NCBI GenBank assembly: GCA_963747235.1
Contig: CAVVEU010000020.1
Coordinates: 133,685-197,684, forward strand
Direction of reading: 5' to 3'
Length of the DNA: 64,000 nt
Source of the DNA: an uncultured Candidatus Rokubacteria bacterium
GTDB lineage: Bacteria > Methylomirabilota > Methylomirabilia > Rokubacteriales > CSP1-6
Each line of letters opens with the position of its first letter. Position 1 is the stretch's first letter. The notes beneath the pieces were generated by a model, which was given only the letters and a program-made list of their open reading frames with translations, was not told the origin of the DNA and did no database searches. A program made the position numbers and the translations under genes. This document shows positions 42,352 through 54,451 of the stretch, one piece after another.

Positions 42352-43001
42352 TGCGCCGCGCGGGCCTTCACCAGGAGGTGGCTGCGCGTGAGCGTGCGCC
42401 CGCCGGATTCGAGGAACGCGATGTAGCGAAACCAGCGGCCGTCCGCCTTCCAGCGGTCCTCGAGGCCCACCGCCGCGGCCAGGCCTTCCTCGACCGAGTC
42501 GAAGCGGCGCACTTCCCGCTCGACCTCGAGGGCCTCGACGGTGAAGCCGTGCGATTCAAGCGTGCTGCGCATGCGCGCTTCGTCGTAGGCGAAGCGCGAC
42601 ACCTTGCCGGTCTCCTTCCACTGGTCCACGTGAAAGGCCACCATGGCGAGGCAACCGCCCGGGGCCAGCGCCCGGGCCGCGCGCTCGATGATGGCGTCCG
42701 AGGCGCACAGATGCGCGGTGACCAGGTCGGGTCGCCAGGGCTCGTACGAGTCCGCCTCGACGTCGGCCTCGTGGAACTCGACGTTCGCGAGATGAGCGGC
42801 CGCCGCGCGCCGGCGCGCTTCCTGGATGAGCGGCGCCTCGCGGTCGAGACCCACGACCGCCTTTGAAGCGGGTGCCAGCGCCAGGGAGAGGCGCCCCGCG
42901 CCGCAGCCCACGTCGAGGATGCGGCTCCGGTCGAGCGGCTCCTGGGCGAGCAGATCGAGGAAGCGGGCGCTCACACCGGGGGCCTGCAGCAGGCTCGGCA
43001 T
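42348..43001 (-). CDS. Class I SAM-dependent methyltransferase
   Basis: ILDVGCGAG motif I. Confidence 0.8.
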   Translation of the reverse strand: MPSLLQAPGVSARFLDLLAQEPLDRSRILDVGCGAGRLSLALAPASKAVVGLDREAPLIQEARRRAAAAHLANVEFHEADVEADSYEPWRPDLVTAHLCASDAIIERAARALAPGGCLAMVAFHVDQWKETGKVSRFAYDEARMRSTLESHGFTVEALEVEREVRRFDSVEEGLAAAVGLEDRWKADGRWFRYIAFLESGGRTLTRSHLLVKARAAQ

Positions 43002-43017
43002 GCTCGGGAGCGTCCGG

Positions 43018-46000
43018 CTACTCGGCCTTGAAGTACTTGGCCTCGGGGTGGTGGAACACCAGCGCGGAGACGGACGCCTCCGGATCCATCATGTAGCCCT
43101 CGGTGAGGCCGAGGCCCACCTGCTCCGGCCGGAGCAGGTCGAACAGGATGCGCTGGTCGGCCAGATCCGGGCACGCCGGGTAGCCGAACGAGACGCGGAT
43201 GCCGCGATAGTGGGCCTTCAGCTTGTCCTGGAGCGGCAGGCCGGGCGGATCCGGGAAGCCCCACTGGGTGCGCAGCCGCGCGTGCAGCATCTCGGCGAAC
43301 GCTTCCGCGGTCTCGATGGCCAGCGCCTGCAGCGCGTGGGATCGGAGGTAGTGGCCCTCCTCCTTCCAGCGCTCGGCCAGGTCGCGCACGCCCGCCCCGC
43401 ACGTGACCGCGAAGAGCGCGACGTAGTCCTTCTCGCCGCTGCCCTGCTCGCGCACGTAGTCGGACAGGCAGAGGCGCTCGCCGTCGGCCTGGCGCGGGAA
43501 GTGGAAGCGCGCGATCTCCGCGCCCGCGTCGAAGAGCACGAGGTCGTCGCCCGCCGACGGCCGCCTCGTAGAACCGGTAGAGGCCGTTCGCCTGGATCAG
43601 CCCCTGCCCGATGGCTTCGCGCTCGAGCTGCTCCACCACCTCGTTGATCTCGACCGTCTTGGCATCGCCCTGCTCGAGCAGCCGCGCCACCGAGCCCTTC
43701 ACCCCGAGATGCTGGCCCAGCAGCATCTGGAGGTTCAGGTACGGGAAGATGTGGGTGAGCGGGATGTTCCGCAGCAGGTGGATCTTGAGATCCGGCGGGG
43801 TCGGCACCGGCGCCGATCGCGAGACCGCCGAGCGGCTCGGCACGGCGCGTGAGGCGCGGGCGCCGCCACCGCCGCCGCGACGGCCTCGGCGCCCGCGCGC
43901 AGCGCTTCCTGATCCGCGCGCAGACGCTCGACCAGCGCGTCCCGAGTCGTCGCGCCGAAGAGCCGGTTGGCGAGGTCGAGGCCGTCCATGGCGTCCTTGG
44001 CGTAGAGCGTGAGGCCGCCGTACTCGCTGGCGATCCGCGTCGCGGTGAACTTGCGGGTCAGCGCCGCGCCGCCCACGAAGAGCGGGATCTCGACGCCGGC
44101 CGCGCGCAGGTCCTGGGCCGTGATCACCATCTGCTGGGCCGACTTCACCAGGAGCCCGGAGAGCCCGATCGCGTCGGGCTTGTGGCTGTGGTAGGCGGCG
44201 ATCAGGTCCTCCGGCGGCACCTTGATCCCCAGGTTGACGATCCGGTAGCCGTTGTTCTTGAGGATGATCTCGACCAGGTTCTTGCCGATGTCGTGGACGT
44301 CGCCCTTCACGGTGGCGAGCACGATGGTGCCGCGGGAGGCGTTCTCGTCCTTGTCCATGAACTGCTCGAGGTAGGCGACGGCGGCCTTCATGGCCTCCGC
44401 GGACTGGAGCACCTCGGCCACGATGAGCTGGTTGTCGTTGAAGAGGCGCCCGACCTCCTCCATGCCCTTCATGAGCGGCCCGTTGATGATGTCGAGCGCG
44501 CCCGACTCGTCGAGCTTCAGCGCCAGGTCGTCGAGGAGCCCTTCCTTGGAGCCCTCCACGATGTAGCGCGCGAGCCGCTCGTCGAGCGGCAGCTTGACGC
44601 CGGTGTCCTTGGGGGCCCGCGTGCGCCCGCGGAAGTGGGCCGCGAAGGCGGCCACCGGATCCGCGCCGCGCCAGTAGATCAGGTCCTCGGCGAGCCTGCG
44701 CTCCTCCTCCGGGATCGAGGCGTAGCGCTCGAGCCGCTCGCTGTTGACGATGGCGTAGTCGAGGCCGGCCTTGGTGCACTCGTAGAGGAAGACCGCGTTC
44801 AGCACCTCGCGGCCCGCGGCGGGCAGGCCGAAGGACACGTTCGAGATGCCGAGGATGGTCTTGCAGTGCGGGGAAGCGGGCCTTGATCGCCCGCACGCCC
44901 TCGATCGTCTCGACCGCGGAGCCGATGTAGTTGACGTCGCCGGTGCCCACCGGGAAGACGAGCGGGTCGAAGATCAGGTCGCGCTCGGGGACTCCGTACT
45001 TCCCGGTGAGCAGGTCGTGGGTCCGCTCCGCGATGGCCAGCTTGCGCTGCGCGGGTGACCGCCATGCCCTGCTGCTTGTCCTCGTCGATGCAGCCCACCA
45101 CCACCGCCGCGCCGTAGGTGCGGATCAGCGGGACCACGAGCTCGAAGCGCTCCTCGCCGTCCTCCAGGTTGATCGAGTTGACGAGGGCCTTGCCCTGGCA
45201 CTTGCGGAGCGCCAGCTCGAGCACGCGCGGCGTCGGTGGAGTCGATCATCAGCGGCGCCTTGACCTTGCGGGTCACGAAGTCCATGAAGCGGTCCATGTC
45301 GGCCGCCTCGTCGCGATCCGGGTTGGCGAGGCAGACGTCCAGCACCTGCGCGCCGCCCTTGACCTGGGCGCGGCCGATCTCGGAGGCCTCCTCGAACTTC
45401 TCCTCGACGATCAGCTCCTTGAAGCGCCGCGAGCCGATCACGTTGGTGCGCTCGCCCACGATGACCGGCCGCAGGTCCTCGCTCGGGTACACCGACTCGA
45501 TGCCGCTCACCGCGCGGCGCGCGATCCGCCGCCGGGCACGCGCGGCGGCCGCCCCGCCACCAGGCGGGCCAGCGCGCGGATGTGGTCCGGCGTCGTCCCG
45601 CAGCAGCCGCCGACCACGTTCGACCCAGCCCTCCTCCACGAAGCGGCGCATCTTGTGGGCGAGGCTCTCCGCGGTCTCTTCGTAGTGGCCGTGCTCGTCG
45701 GGCAGGCCCGCGTTCGGGTACACCGAGACGAAGCACGTGGCCACGTCGGAGAGCGTGCGCAGGTGGTCGGTCATGAACTCGGGGCCGGTCGCGCAGTTGA
45801 GCCCGATCGAGAAGAGGTCCAGGTGCTCGAGCGAGGCGTAGAGCGCGTCCACGTCCTGCCCCGCGAGCATGGTGCCCATGGGCTCGACGGTGCCGCTGAC
45901 CATCAGGGGCAGGCTGACGCCGGCCTCGGTCATGGCCTGCGCGGACCCCGATCGCCGCCGCCTTGACGTTCAGCGTGTCCTGGCAGGTCTCGAGCAGGAG

Positions 46001-46487
46001 CGCGTCCACGCCGCCCTCGATCAGGGCGCGGGCCTGGCGATAGTAGCCGTCGCGCACCTCCTCGAAGGTCACGTTCGCGGTGACCGTGATGGTCCGGGTC
46101 CCCGGCCCCATCGCGCCGATGGCGAAGCGCGGCCGGTCCGTCGTGTCGGCGCGGTCCACGGCCGCGCGACAGATCCGGGCGGCCGCCAGTGTGATGTCGT
46201 GGCACCGCTCGGCCAGGCCATATTCGGCGAGGACATACGGGGCACATCCGAAGGTATTGGTCGAGATCAGGTCGGCGCCGGCTTCGAGGTAGGCCGCGTG
46301 GATGTCGGCGATGACGTCGGGGCGCGTGAGGTTGAGCTGCTCGTTGCAGCCCTCGTACTTGCGGCCCGCCGAAGTCGGCCGCGGTGAGGCCCCGGTTCTG
46401 GATCATGGTGCCCATCGCGCCGTCGAGGACCAGGATGCGACGGCGCATCTGGTCGCCAAGGAGCACGGAGCGCTCGGGAATGGCCAT
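43018..46487 (-). CDS. metH: Cobalamin-dependent methionine synthase (several frameshifts)
   Basis: [60 protein letters not shown]. Confidence 0.95.
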
Positions 46488-46497
46488 GGCGACTATT

Positions 46498-46540
46498 CTA
46501 GCGCATGCGCGCGGCTGGCTAGCGCATGCCCAGCGGCTGG
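46498..46540. repeat. Imperfect tandem duplication overlapping the metH promoter
   Basis: ctagcgcatgcgcgcggctgg (46498-46518) followed by ctagcgcatgcccagcggctgg (46519-46540). Confidence 0.7.
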
Positions 46541-46562
46541 CCGCGCGGCCCGGCGGGGCGGG

Positions 46563-48174
46563 TCAGCCGCGCTTCTTGCGGGTCCGGAGGTCCACTGCGC
46601 CCGGCCGGAGCCGGGGATCCTCGCCCCGGGGGAAGATCTGGGTCTTCTGGACCTTCTGGGTGCCGGTGGTGGGGAGGCTCTCGACGAAGAGCACCCAGCC
46701 GGGCGCCTTGAAGTAGGCGAGGCGCTCGAGGCAGAAGTCGCAGAGGCGCTCGGCCAGCGCCCGGTCGGCGGTGGCGCCGGGCATCGGCACCACGCAGGCC
46801 ATGACTTCTTCCTCGCGGATCTCGTCGGGCACCGCCAGCACCGCGACCTGGGCCACCGCCTCGTGGGCCTGGAGCGTGGCCTCGACCTCCGCGGCCGCGA
46901 TGTTCTCGCCCGAGCGCCGGATGATGTTCTTCTTGCGGTCCACGAAGATCAGCATGCCGTCGGCGGTCCGGCGCACCACGTCGCCGGTGTGGAACCACTC
47001 GCCCCGCCACGCCTCGCGGGTGGCCTCGTCGTTCTTGAGGTAGCCGGAGAAGAAGCCGTGGCGCGGGCCCTCGGGCCCGCCCCAGCGCACGACCAGCTCC
47101 CCCGGGGTCTCGGGCGCCACCTCCCGATCCTGGTCGTCCACCACGCGGCGCCTCGAAGCCGTCGCGGGGCCGTCCGAAGGCGCGGGTGTGGATCGCGCGC
47201 GGCTCGAGGCAGTCGGAGAAGATGCGCCCGGTCTCGGTCATGCCCCAGACTTCGACCAGGGGAAAGCCGAACCGTCGCTCGAAGGCCTCGTGCAGCTCCG
47301 GCTCGACGCCCGCGCCGAGCCCCGCCTTCACGCGGTGCGCGGTCTCCTCCGGCGCCGGATCCTGGTTGAGCAGGAGCGGCGGCATCACGCCCAGGTAGTG
47401 GATGATGGTGGCCCGCGTGGCGACCACGTCGCGCCACCAGCGGCGCGGGCTGAAGCGCTCGGGCAGGATCAGGCAGTTGGCGGTGAGGATCGCGCAGGTC
47501 GCGGTCACCGCCTGGCAGTTCATGTGAAAGAGCGGCAGCGGGTTCAGGAATCGCTCGCGCCCGTGCTCGATGGCGAGCCGGCCGCCCAGGCCGCGGTACC
47601 AGGCGCCCGCGTTCAGGTAGTAGAAGTTGCTCAGCACGCAGCCCTTGGGCCGGCCGGTGGTGCCCGAGGTGTAGAGCAGGCCGCACTCGGTGTCGAGGCC
47701 GGGCGCGTCGTGGCGCGGCGCGCGGCCCGGGCGCGGCAGCGAGTCCGGCCACGCGCCCGCGTCCACCACCGGCAGCGGCCTGGCGCGCTCCTTCGCCACC
47801 GCCTCGAGCGCGGCCACGCGCTCGGGGATGGACACCGCCAGGTCCGCCTCGGAGTGGTCCATCTGGTAGGCCAGCTCGTCGTGGCGGTAGTCCGGGTTGA
47901 CCGGCACCACGCCGCAGCCGAGCGCGTTGACCGCGAGGTAGTGGAAGAAGAACTCCGGGCGGTTCTCGAAGAGCAGCGCGACGCGATGGCCGTGGCCGTA
48001 GCCGGCGGCCGCGTAGGCGTCCTTGAGCCGGAGCACCTCCGCGCGCACCGCCGCGTAGGTGAGCTCGACGCCGTCCGGGTGGTAGGCGCGGCCGGGGGCC
48101 GGCGTCGCGCACAGGAACGGCGCGTCCGGCGCGGCGGCCGCGGTCGCCATGAAGGCCTCGAAGACGGTCTGCAC
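46563..48174 (-). CDS. ATP-dependent acyl-CoA ligase (CaiC-like; frameshift near 47150)
   Basis: YTSGTTGRPKG, PLFHMN, WGMTE, WFHTGD, RRSGENI, TQKVQK. Confidence 0.9.
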
Positions 48175-48182
48175 GGCTTCCG

Positions 48183-48211
48183 ACTGTCGCCCACACCCTG
48201 GGTCCTGTCAA
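48183..48211 (-). promoter_or_regulatory. Sigma70-type promoter of the acyl-CoA ligase gene (apparently leaderless)
   Basis: TTGACA (48211-48206), 17 nt, GACAGT (48188-48183), then 8 nt to GTG. Confidence 0.6.
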
Positions 48212-48267
48212 TCGTGGCCGTGCCGGACCGTCGCGGGCGCGGGCCTGGGTTATACTCCGACGCGACC

Positions 48268-50572
48268 ATGGACAATCCCCTCGGTTCCCCGCTGCGCCGC
48301 AAGGAAGATCAGCGCCTCATCACCGGCCGCGGCCGCTACGTCGAGGATCTCCACTTTCCCGGCATGCTGCACGCGGCCTTCGTGCGGAGCCCGCACGCGC
48401 ACGCGCGCGTGCGCTCCATCGACACCGCCGCCGCGCGTGCCATGGCGGGGGTCGTCGCCGTCTACACCGCGCGCGACCTGCCGGAGTGCGCGCGGCCCAT
48501 CCCGCCGTCGATCGCGGCGCCCGCCGGCTTCCGGCCCACCGCGCAGCCGGTCTTCGCCGATCCGCTCGTGCGCTACGTGGGCGAGGTGGTGGCCGCGGTG
48601 ATCGCCGAGGATGCCTACGCGGCGGCGGACGCCGCGGCGGCGGTGCTGGTGGACTACGAGCCCCTGCCCGCCGCCGGCACCATGGAGCGCGCGCTCGAGA
48701 TGGGCGCCCCGCGTGTGTTCGACACCTGGCCCGACAACGTGGCCGGCCTCTCCACCGCCCGCGTGGGCGATCCCGCCGCCGGCTTCGCGGGCGCCGACGT
48801 CGTGGTGGCGGCGCGGCTCGGGATCGGCCGGGTGCACGGGGTCCCGATCGAGACGCGCGGGATCGTCGCCACGCCCGCGGGCCCCGACGGCCGTCTGACC
48901 CTGTGGACGTCGAGCCAGAGCCCCTACGGGCTCCGCGCGTGCATCGCGGGTGCCTTCGGGCTCGCCGAGGAGCAGGTGCGCGTGGTGGTGGTGGATACCG
49001 GCGGCGGCTTCGGCATCAAGGGCCACGCCTACTCCGAGGACCTGATCGTCACCGCGGCGGCCCGACGGCTCGATCGGCCGGTGAAGTGGGCGGAGTCGCG
49101 GCGCGAGCACTTCCTCACCGCCTCGCCCGATCGCGGGCAGCGGCACGTGGCGCGCATGGGGTTCAGCCGCGAGGGCCGGATCACCGCGCTCGAGACTCAG
49201 TTCACGCGCGAGCACGGCGCCTATATCGCGAGCGGCGAGGTGGTGACGCGCAACACGATCAATCACCTGCCAGGACCGTATCGCGTGCCGAGCATCGAGG
49301 TGAGCGCGTCCAACGTGGTCACCAACGCGGTGTTCGGCGCCGCGTACCGGGGCTCGGGGCGGCCCGAGGCCAACTTCGTGCTCGAACGCCTGATGGATCG
49401 TGGCGCCCGCGCGCTCGGCCTGGATCCCGCGGAGCTGAGGCGGCGCAACATGATCCGCGCCGACGAGATGCCGTACCGCACCGGCCTCGTCTACCGCGAC
49501 GGCACGCCGGTCTCCTACGATCCGGCCGACTACATCGGCAGCTTCGACCGGCTCCTCGTCGACTTCGGCTACCAGGACTGGCGGCGGCGCCAGGTCGAGA
49601 CGGCCGGGAGCGCGCGGCCGATCGGCGTGGGGCTCGCGGCCTACGTGCAGGGCACCGGGGTCGGCCCGTTCGAGAGCGCGGACGTGCGCATCGACTCCAC
49701 CGGGACGGTGCACGTCTACATCGGCGTGTCATCGCAGGGCCAGTCGCACGAGACGACCATGGCCCAGATCGCGGCGTCCGAGCTCGGCGTGGATCCCGAG
49801 CGGGTGTTCGTGATCGCGGCCGACACCACGCTGCTGCCCTATGGCAACGGCACCGGGGGCAGCCGGGTGGCCGCCAACGCCGGGCCCTCGGTGGCGCGCA
49901 CCGCGCGCGAGGTGGCGGGCAAGGCGCGCGTGGTGGCCGCGGAGATGCTCGAGTGCGCGCCCGCCGACGTGGTGCTGGCCGCAGGCCGGGCCCACGTGGC
50001 GGGCCTGCCCGAGCGCGGGGTGGCCCTGGGCGATCTCTCGCGCGCGGCGGTGCGGAGCAAGACGCTCCTGCGCGAGTCGCGCCCGGGGCTACAGGCCTGC
50101 GGCTACTTCGCGCCCGAGACCGTCACCTTCGCGTTCGGGGCGCAGGCCTGCGCGGTGGAGGTGGACGTGGAGACCGGCCGGGTGCGGATCCTGCGCTACC
50201 TGGCGGTGCACGACTGCGGGCGCGCCATCAATCCGATGATCGTGGACGGCCAGCTCCACGGCGGCCTGGCCGGCGGGATCGGCACCGCGCTGATGGAGGA
50301 CCTGATCTACGACGCCGAGGGCCAGCTCCTGACCGGCAGCCTGATGGACTACGCGATCCCGTCGGCCGTCGACCTGCCCGCCTTCGAGACCCGCACGGTG
50401 GCCTTCCCCTCCACGCGCAACGAGCTCGGCATCAAGGGCGTGGGCGAGGGCTCGATCATCGCGCCGCCCGCCGCGCTCGCCAACGCGGTGGAAGACGCGC
50501 TGCAGTCGCGCGGGGCGGACGATACTGCAGATCCCGATCACCCCCTCGCGGGTGTGGCAGGCGCTCCGGTAA
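48268..50572 (+). CDS. Xanthine dehydrogenase/CoxL-like molybdopterin-binding large subunit
   Basis: RKEDQRLITGRGRY, GGGFGIKG, AYRGSGRPE (form II-like, not AYXCSFR), QGQSHET, DCGRAINP, KGVGE; indel near 50520. Confidence 0.9.
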
Positions 50573-50678
50573 TGACCGGGGCAGTGGCAGGGCGAGGCGC
50601 AGCCGGAGGCGAGCCGGGCGGATAATTAATGCGGTTGGGCCGTTCGGCCCAGCCGGGCGAGACTCTCAGGAGGAAGTC

Positions 50679-52342
50679 ATGGCGTCCGATCCGATCACCG
50701 TCTCCGTCATCCAGCACCGCCTCGAGTCCATCGTGCAGGAGATGGGCGAGGCCATGCTCCGCACCGCCTACTCCCAGATCCTCAACTCGAGCCGCGACTT
50801 CTCCACCGCGGTGTTCGACGGCCAGGGCCGCCTGGCCGCGCAGGCCGAGCACGTGCCGATCCACGTGGGCGCCCTGCCCTGGGCGGTGGCCTCGGTGGCC
50901 GACTTCTTCAAGGACCGCATCGCCCCCGGCGATCTCTTTCTCCTCAACGATCCGTATCACGGCAACAATCACCTGCCCGATCTCACGGTGCTGCTGCCCG
51001 TCTTCGTGGGCGATCGGCCGGTGTTCTGGTCCATCAACCGAGCGCACCAGCACGACATCGGCGGCGCCACCCACGGGGCCTACAACCCGGGCGCCACCGA
51101 GATCTGGCAGGAAGGCATCCGCATCACCCCGCTCAAGCTCTACGACCGCGGCGTGCTGCGGGACGACGTGCTGCAGATGGTGGCGACCAACGTGCGCCAC
51201 CCGCGCGACTTCCAGGGCGACCTGCGCGCCATGATGGGCTCGGCGCGCATCGGCGAGCGGCGGCTGCTCAAGCTGGTGGACGACTACGGGCTCGAGACCG
51301 TGCTCGAGACCATCGGGGAGATCCTCGACGGGGCCGAGCGCCAGGCCCGCGAGTGCATCCGGCGGCTGGAAGGACGGCGTGTTCAAGGGCGAGGCGATCC
51401 TCGACGACGACGGCCACGGCATCAGCGACGTCCACATCCGCGCCACCGTCACCAAGAAGGGCGACTCGCTCACGGTGGATCTCACCGACTCGCACGACCA
51501 GGTGATCGGCTTCGTGAACTCCGCGTTCCCCAACACCATGTCCGCGGTGCACATGGCGCTCGCCTACCTGATCGACCCGCGGACGCCGAAGAACGAGGGC
51601 ACGTTCCGGCCGGTCACGGTGAAGGCGCGAGCAGGGCACGGTGGTCTGGCCCTTCCCGCCCGCGCCGGTGACGCTGTCCACCAACCACTGCGCGCAGGAG
51701 ATCGCGGAGGCGATGATCAAGGCGCTCGCCAAGAGCTGCCCGGATCGCGTGCTCGCGGGCTGGTCGCGGCGCTTCCGTATCGCGATCTCCGGCACGAATC
51801 CCCGGAACAAGCGCAAGTTCATCTGGCATCTCTTCCACGCGCGCGGGGGCGGCGGCGCGTCCTCGGCGGGTGACGGCTGGGAGACCGCGGGCGAGGGCCA
51901 GGCGGCGGGCGGGATCAAGTTCGGCAGCATCGAGGTCGCGGAGACGCGCTTCCCGCTCTTCTTCAAGCGGCACGAGTTCCGCCCGGACTCGGCGGGCGAC
52001 GGCCGCTACCGCGGCGGCGTGGGCTCGGTGCTCGAGCTGCGCATGGAGACCACCGAGCCCGCGCTCGGCAATACCGCGGGCGACGGGGTCCGCTATCCCG
52101 CCTACGGGGTCCTGGGCGGCAAGGACGGGCTCCCCCATCGCTACCGCATGCTCTCGCGCGGCAAGACGCGCGTGCTCAAGACCAAGGAGGTCGGCATCCC
52201 GATTCCGCCGGGCGCGGTCTTCCTCGTCGAGTCCATGGGCGGCGGCGGCTACGGGCCGCCCGCGCGCCGCCCCGCCGAGGCGCGCGCGGCCGATCGCGTC
52301 AACGGCTTCGTCTCCGCGAAGCCGCGCCGCGGGAAGGCCTGA
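50679..52342 (+). CDS. Hydantoinase B/oxoprolinase-family protein (frameshifted)
   Basis: RTAYS, DFSTA, NDPYHGNNHLPD, HQHDIGG, QEGIRI, DSAGDGRYRGG, GGGGYG. Confidence 0.9.
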
Positions 52343-52343
52343 G

Positions 52344-54384
52344 ATGCTGCGCGTCGGCGTGGACGTCGGCGGGCACCTTCACCGATCTGGTCGGCGTGGA
52401 CGACGCGGGACGCGTGAGCCTCGCCAAGTCCGCCTCCACGCCCGCCGATCCGTCCATCGGCGTGATGGACGGGCTCGCCCTGCTGGCCGCCGAGCTCGGC
52501 ACCGACCTGGCCGGGCTGCTGGCCGACACCGGGCTCATCGTGCACGGCACCACCGTGGCCACCAACGCGCTGCTCGAGCGCAAGGGCGCGAAGGTCGGCA
52601 TGCTGACGACCGCGGGGCACCGCGACGTGATCGAGATGCGCGAGGGCCTCAAGGACGATCGCTACAACCTGCGGATGGCGCCGCCCGTGCCCCTGGTCCC
52701 GCGCGCGCGGCGGCTCGACGTGACCGAGCGGATGCGCTTCGACGGCACGCGTGGAGACGCCGCTCTCGAAGACCTCCGCGGAGGCGGCGATCCGCCGGCT
52801 CGGCGCCGCGGGCGTCGGCGCGGTCGCGGTCTGCTACCTGCACTCCTATCGCGATCCGCGCCACGAGCGGGAGACCCGGAAGCTGCTCGCGCGCCTGCTG
52901 CCCGACGCCTACGTGTCGCTCTCTTCCGACGTGCTCGCCGCAGATCAAGGAGTACGAGCGCTTCTGCACCACCGTGGTGAACGCCTACGTCGGCCCGGTG
53001 CTCGGCCGCTACCTGGGCAACCTGGGCTCGCGGCTGCGCAAGGCGGGCTACCCGGGCGACGTGCTGATCATGCAGTCGCACGGCGGCGTCGCGACCATCG
53101 CGGACTCGGTCCGCCTGGCCGCGGGCGCGGTGCTCTCGGGCCCGGCCGGCGGCATCGCGGCGAGCCGGCACGCCTCCCGCCTGCTCGGCGAGGGCAACCT
53201 CATCTCCTTCGACATGGGCGGGACCAGCACCGACATCGCGCTGCTCGAGGACGGCGAGCCGCATCTCACCGGCGACAAGGCGGTGGGCGCCAGCAAGGTG
53301 GCGCTGCCGAGCATCGACATCCACACGCTCGGCGCGGGCGGCGGCTCGATCGCGCGGGTGGACGCGGGCGGCATCCTCCACGTGGGGCCGGAGAGCGCGG
53401 GCGCCGTGCCCGGGCCCGCGTGCTACGGGCGCGGGGGCACCGGGGCCACCGTCACCGACGCCAACCTCGTCCTGGGGCTGCTCGACCCGGCCGGCTTCCT
53501 CGGCGGGCGCGCCCGCCTCGACCCGGCGGCCGCGCAGTCCGCGGTGGAAGGCGTGGCGGCGAAGCTCGGGCTCGGCCTGCTGCCGGCGGCGGAAGGCATT
53601 CACCGCGTGGTCAACACCAACATGGCGGAGGGCATCCGGCTGGTCTCGGTGCGGCGGGGCGCGGACCCGCGGCGCTTCACGCTGCTCTCGTTCGGCGGCG
53701 CGGCGGGGCTGCACATCACCGAGGTCGCGCGCATGCTCGAGATCAATCGCGTGGTGGTGCCGCGCGTGGCCTCGGTGCTCTCGGCCTGGGGCATGCTGGC
53801 CACCGACCTGCGCTACGAGTTCGTGCGCACCCACGTGGGCGAGGCCGGCCAGGTCGGCGCGGGGCGCCTTCGCGAAGCTCTTCGCCGAGATGGAGGCGGA
53901 GGGACGCAAGCGGCTGGGCGCGTCGTTCGCGGGCCAGGTGGACGTGCGCCGCTCGGTGGACATGCGGTACGGCGAGCAGACGTTCGAGATCCAGGTGCCG
54001 CTCGACGGGGTGGACGTCGAGGCGAAGGACCTCATGGAGCAGGTGGTCGAGCGCTTCCACAAGCGCCACGAGGAGCTCTACACCTACAGCGCGCCCGGCC
54101 AGGACGTGGTGCTGGTCAACGTGCGGGCCGCGGTGATCGGGCGGCTCCCGGCCCTGCCCGCCGAGCAGGCGCGGCGCGTGAGCGCGCCGGCGGCGCCGCG
54201 GAGCCGCCGCGTGTACCTCGAGCGGTGGATGGAGATCCCGGTCTACGACATGGACGGGCTCCAGGAGGGCCAGGAGGTGAAGGGGCCCGCCATCTTCGAG
54301 TCGGCCACCACCACCGTGCTGATCCGGGCGCGCGAGCGCGCGGACGTCACCGCGGAGGGGTGGCTGGATATCCGGCTGAGGTAG
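52344..54384 (+). CDS. Hydantoinase A/oxoprolinase-family protein (frameshifted)
   Basis: GVDVGGTFTD, HGTTVATNALL, EYER, SGPAGG, DMGGTSTD, GAGGGSIA, FGGAAGLH. Confidence 0.9.
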
Positions 54385-54395
54385 CGCCCGCGACA

Positions 54396-54441
54396 CCACC
54401 CCTCACCCTGCCCTCTCCCCTGAGGGGAGAGGGAGATGAGG
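54396..54441. repeat. REP-like palindromic repeat, copy 2 (between convergent genes)
   Basis: 45/46 identical to 24774-24819. Confidence 0.85.
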
Positions 54442-54451
54442 TGGGAACGAC

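Noticed and set aside
48268-50572. Aerobic CO dehydrogenase (CO oxidation)
   Set aside because: The active-site loop is AYRGSGR rather than form I AYXCSFR, and there are no coxM/coxS or accessory genes nearby.
50632-50655. Hairpin (cggttgggcc-gttc-ggcccagccg) in the hydantoinase B leader as a riboswitch
   Set aside because: A single 10-bp stem with no recognisable aptamer motif; more likely an ordinary 5' stabilising hairpin.
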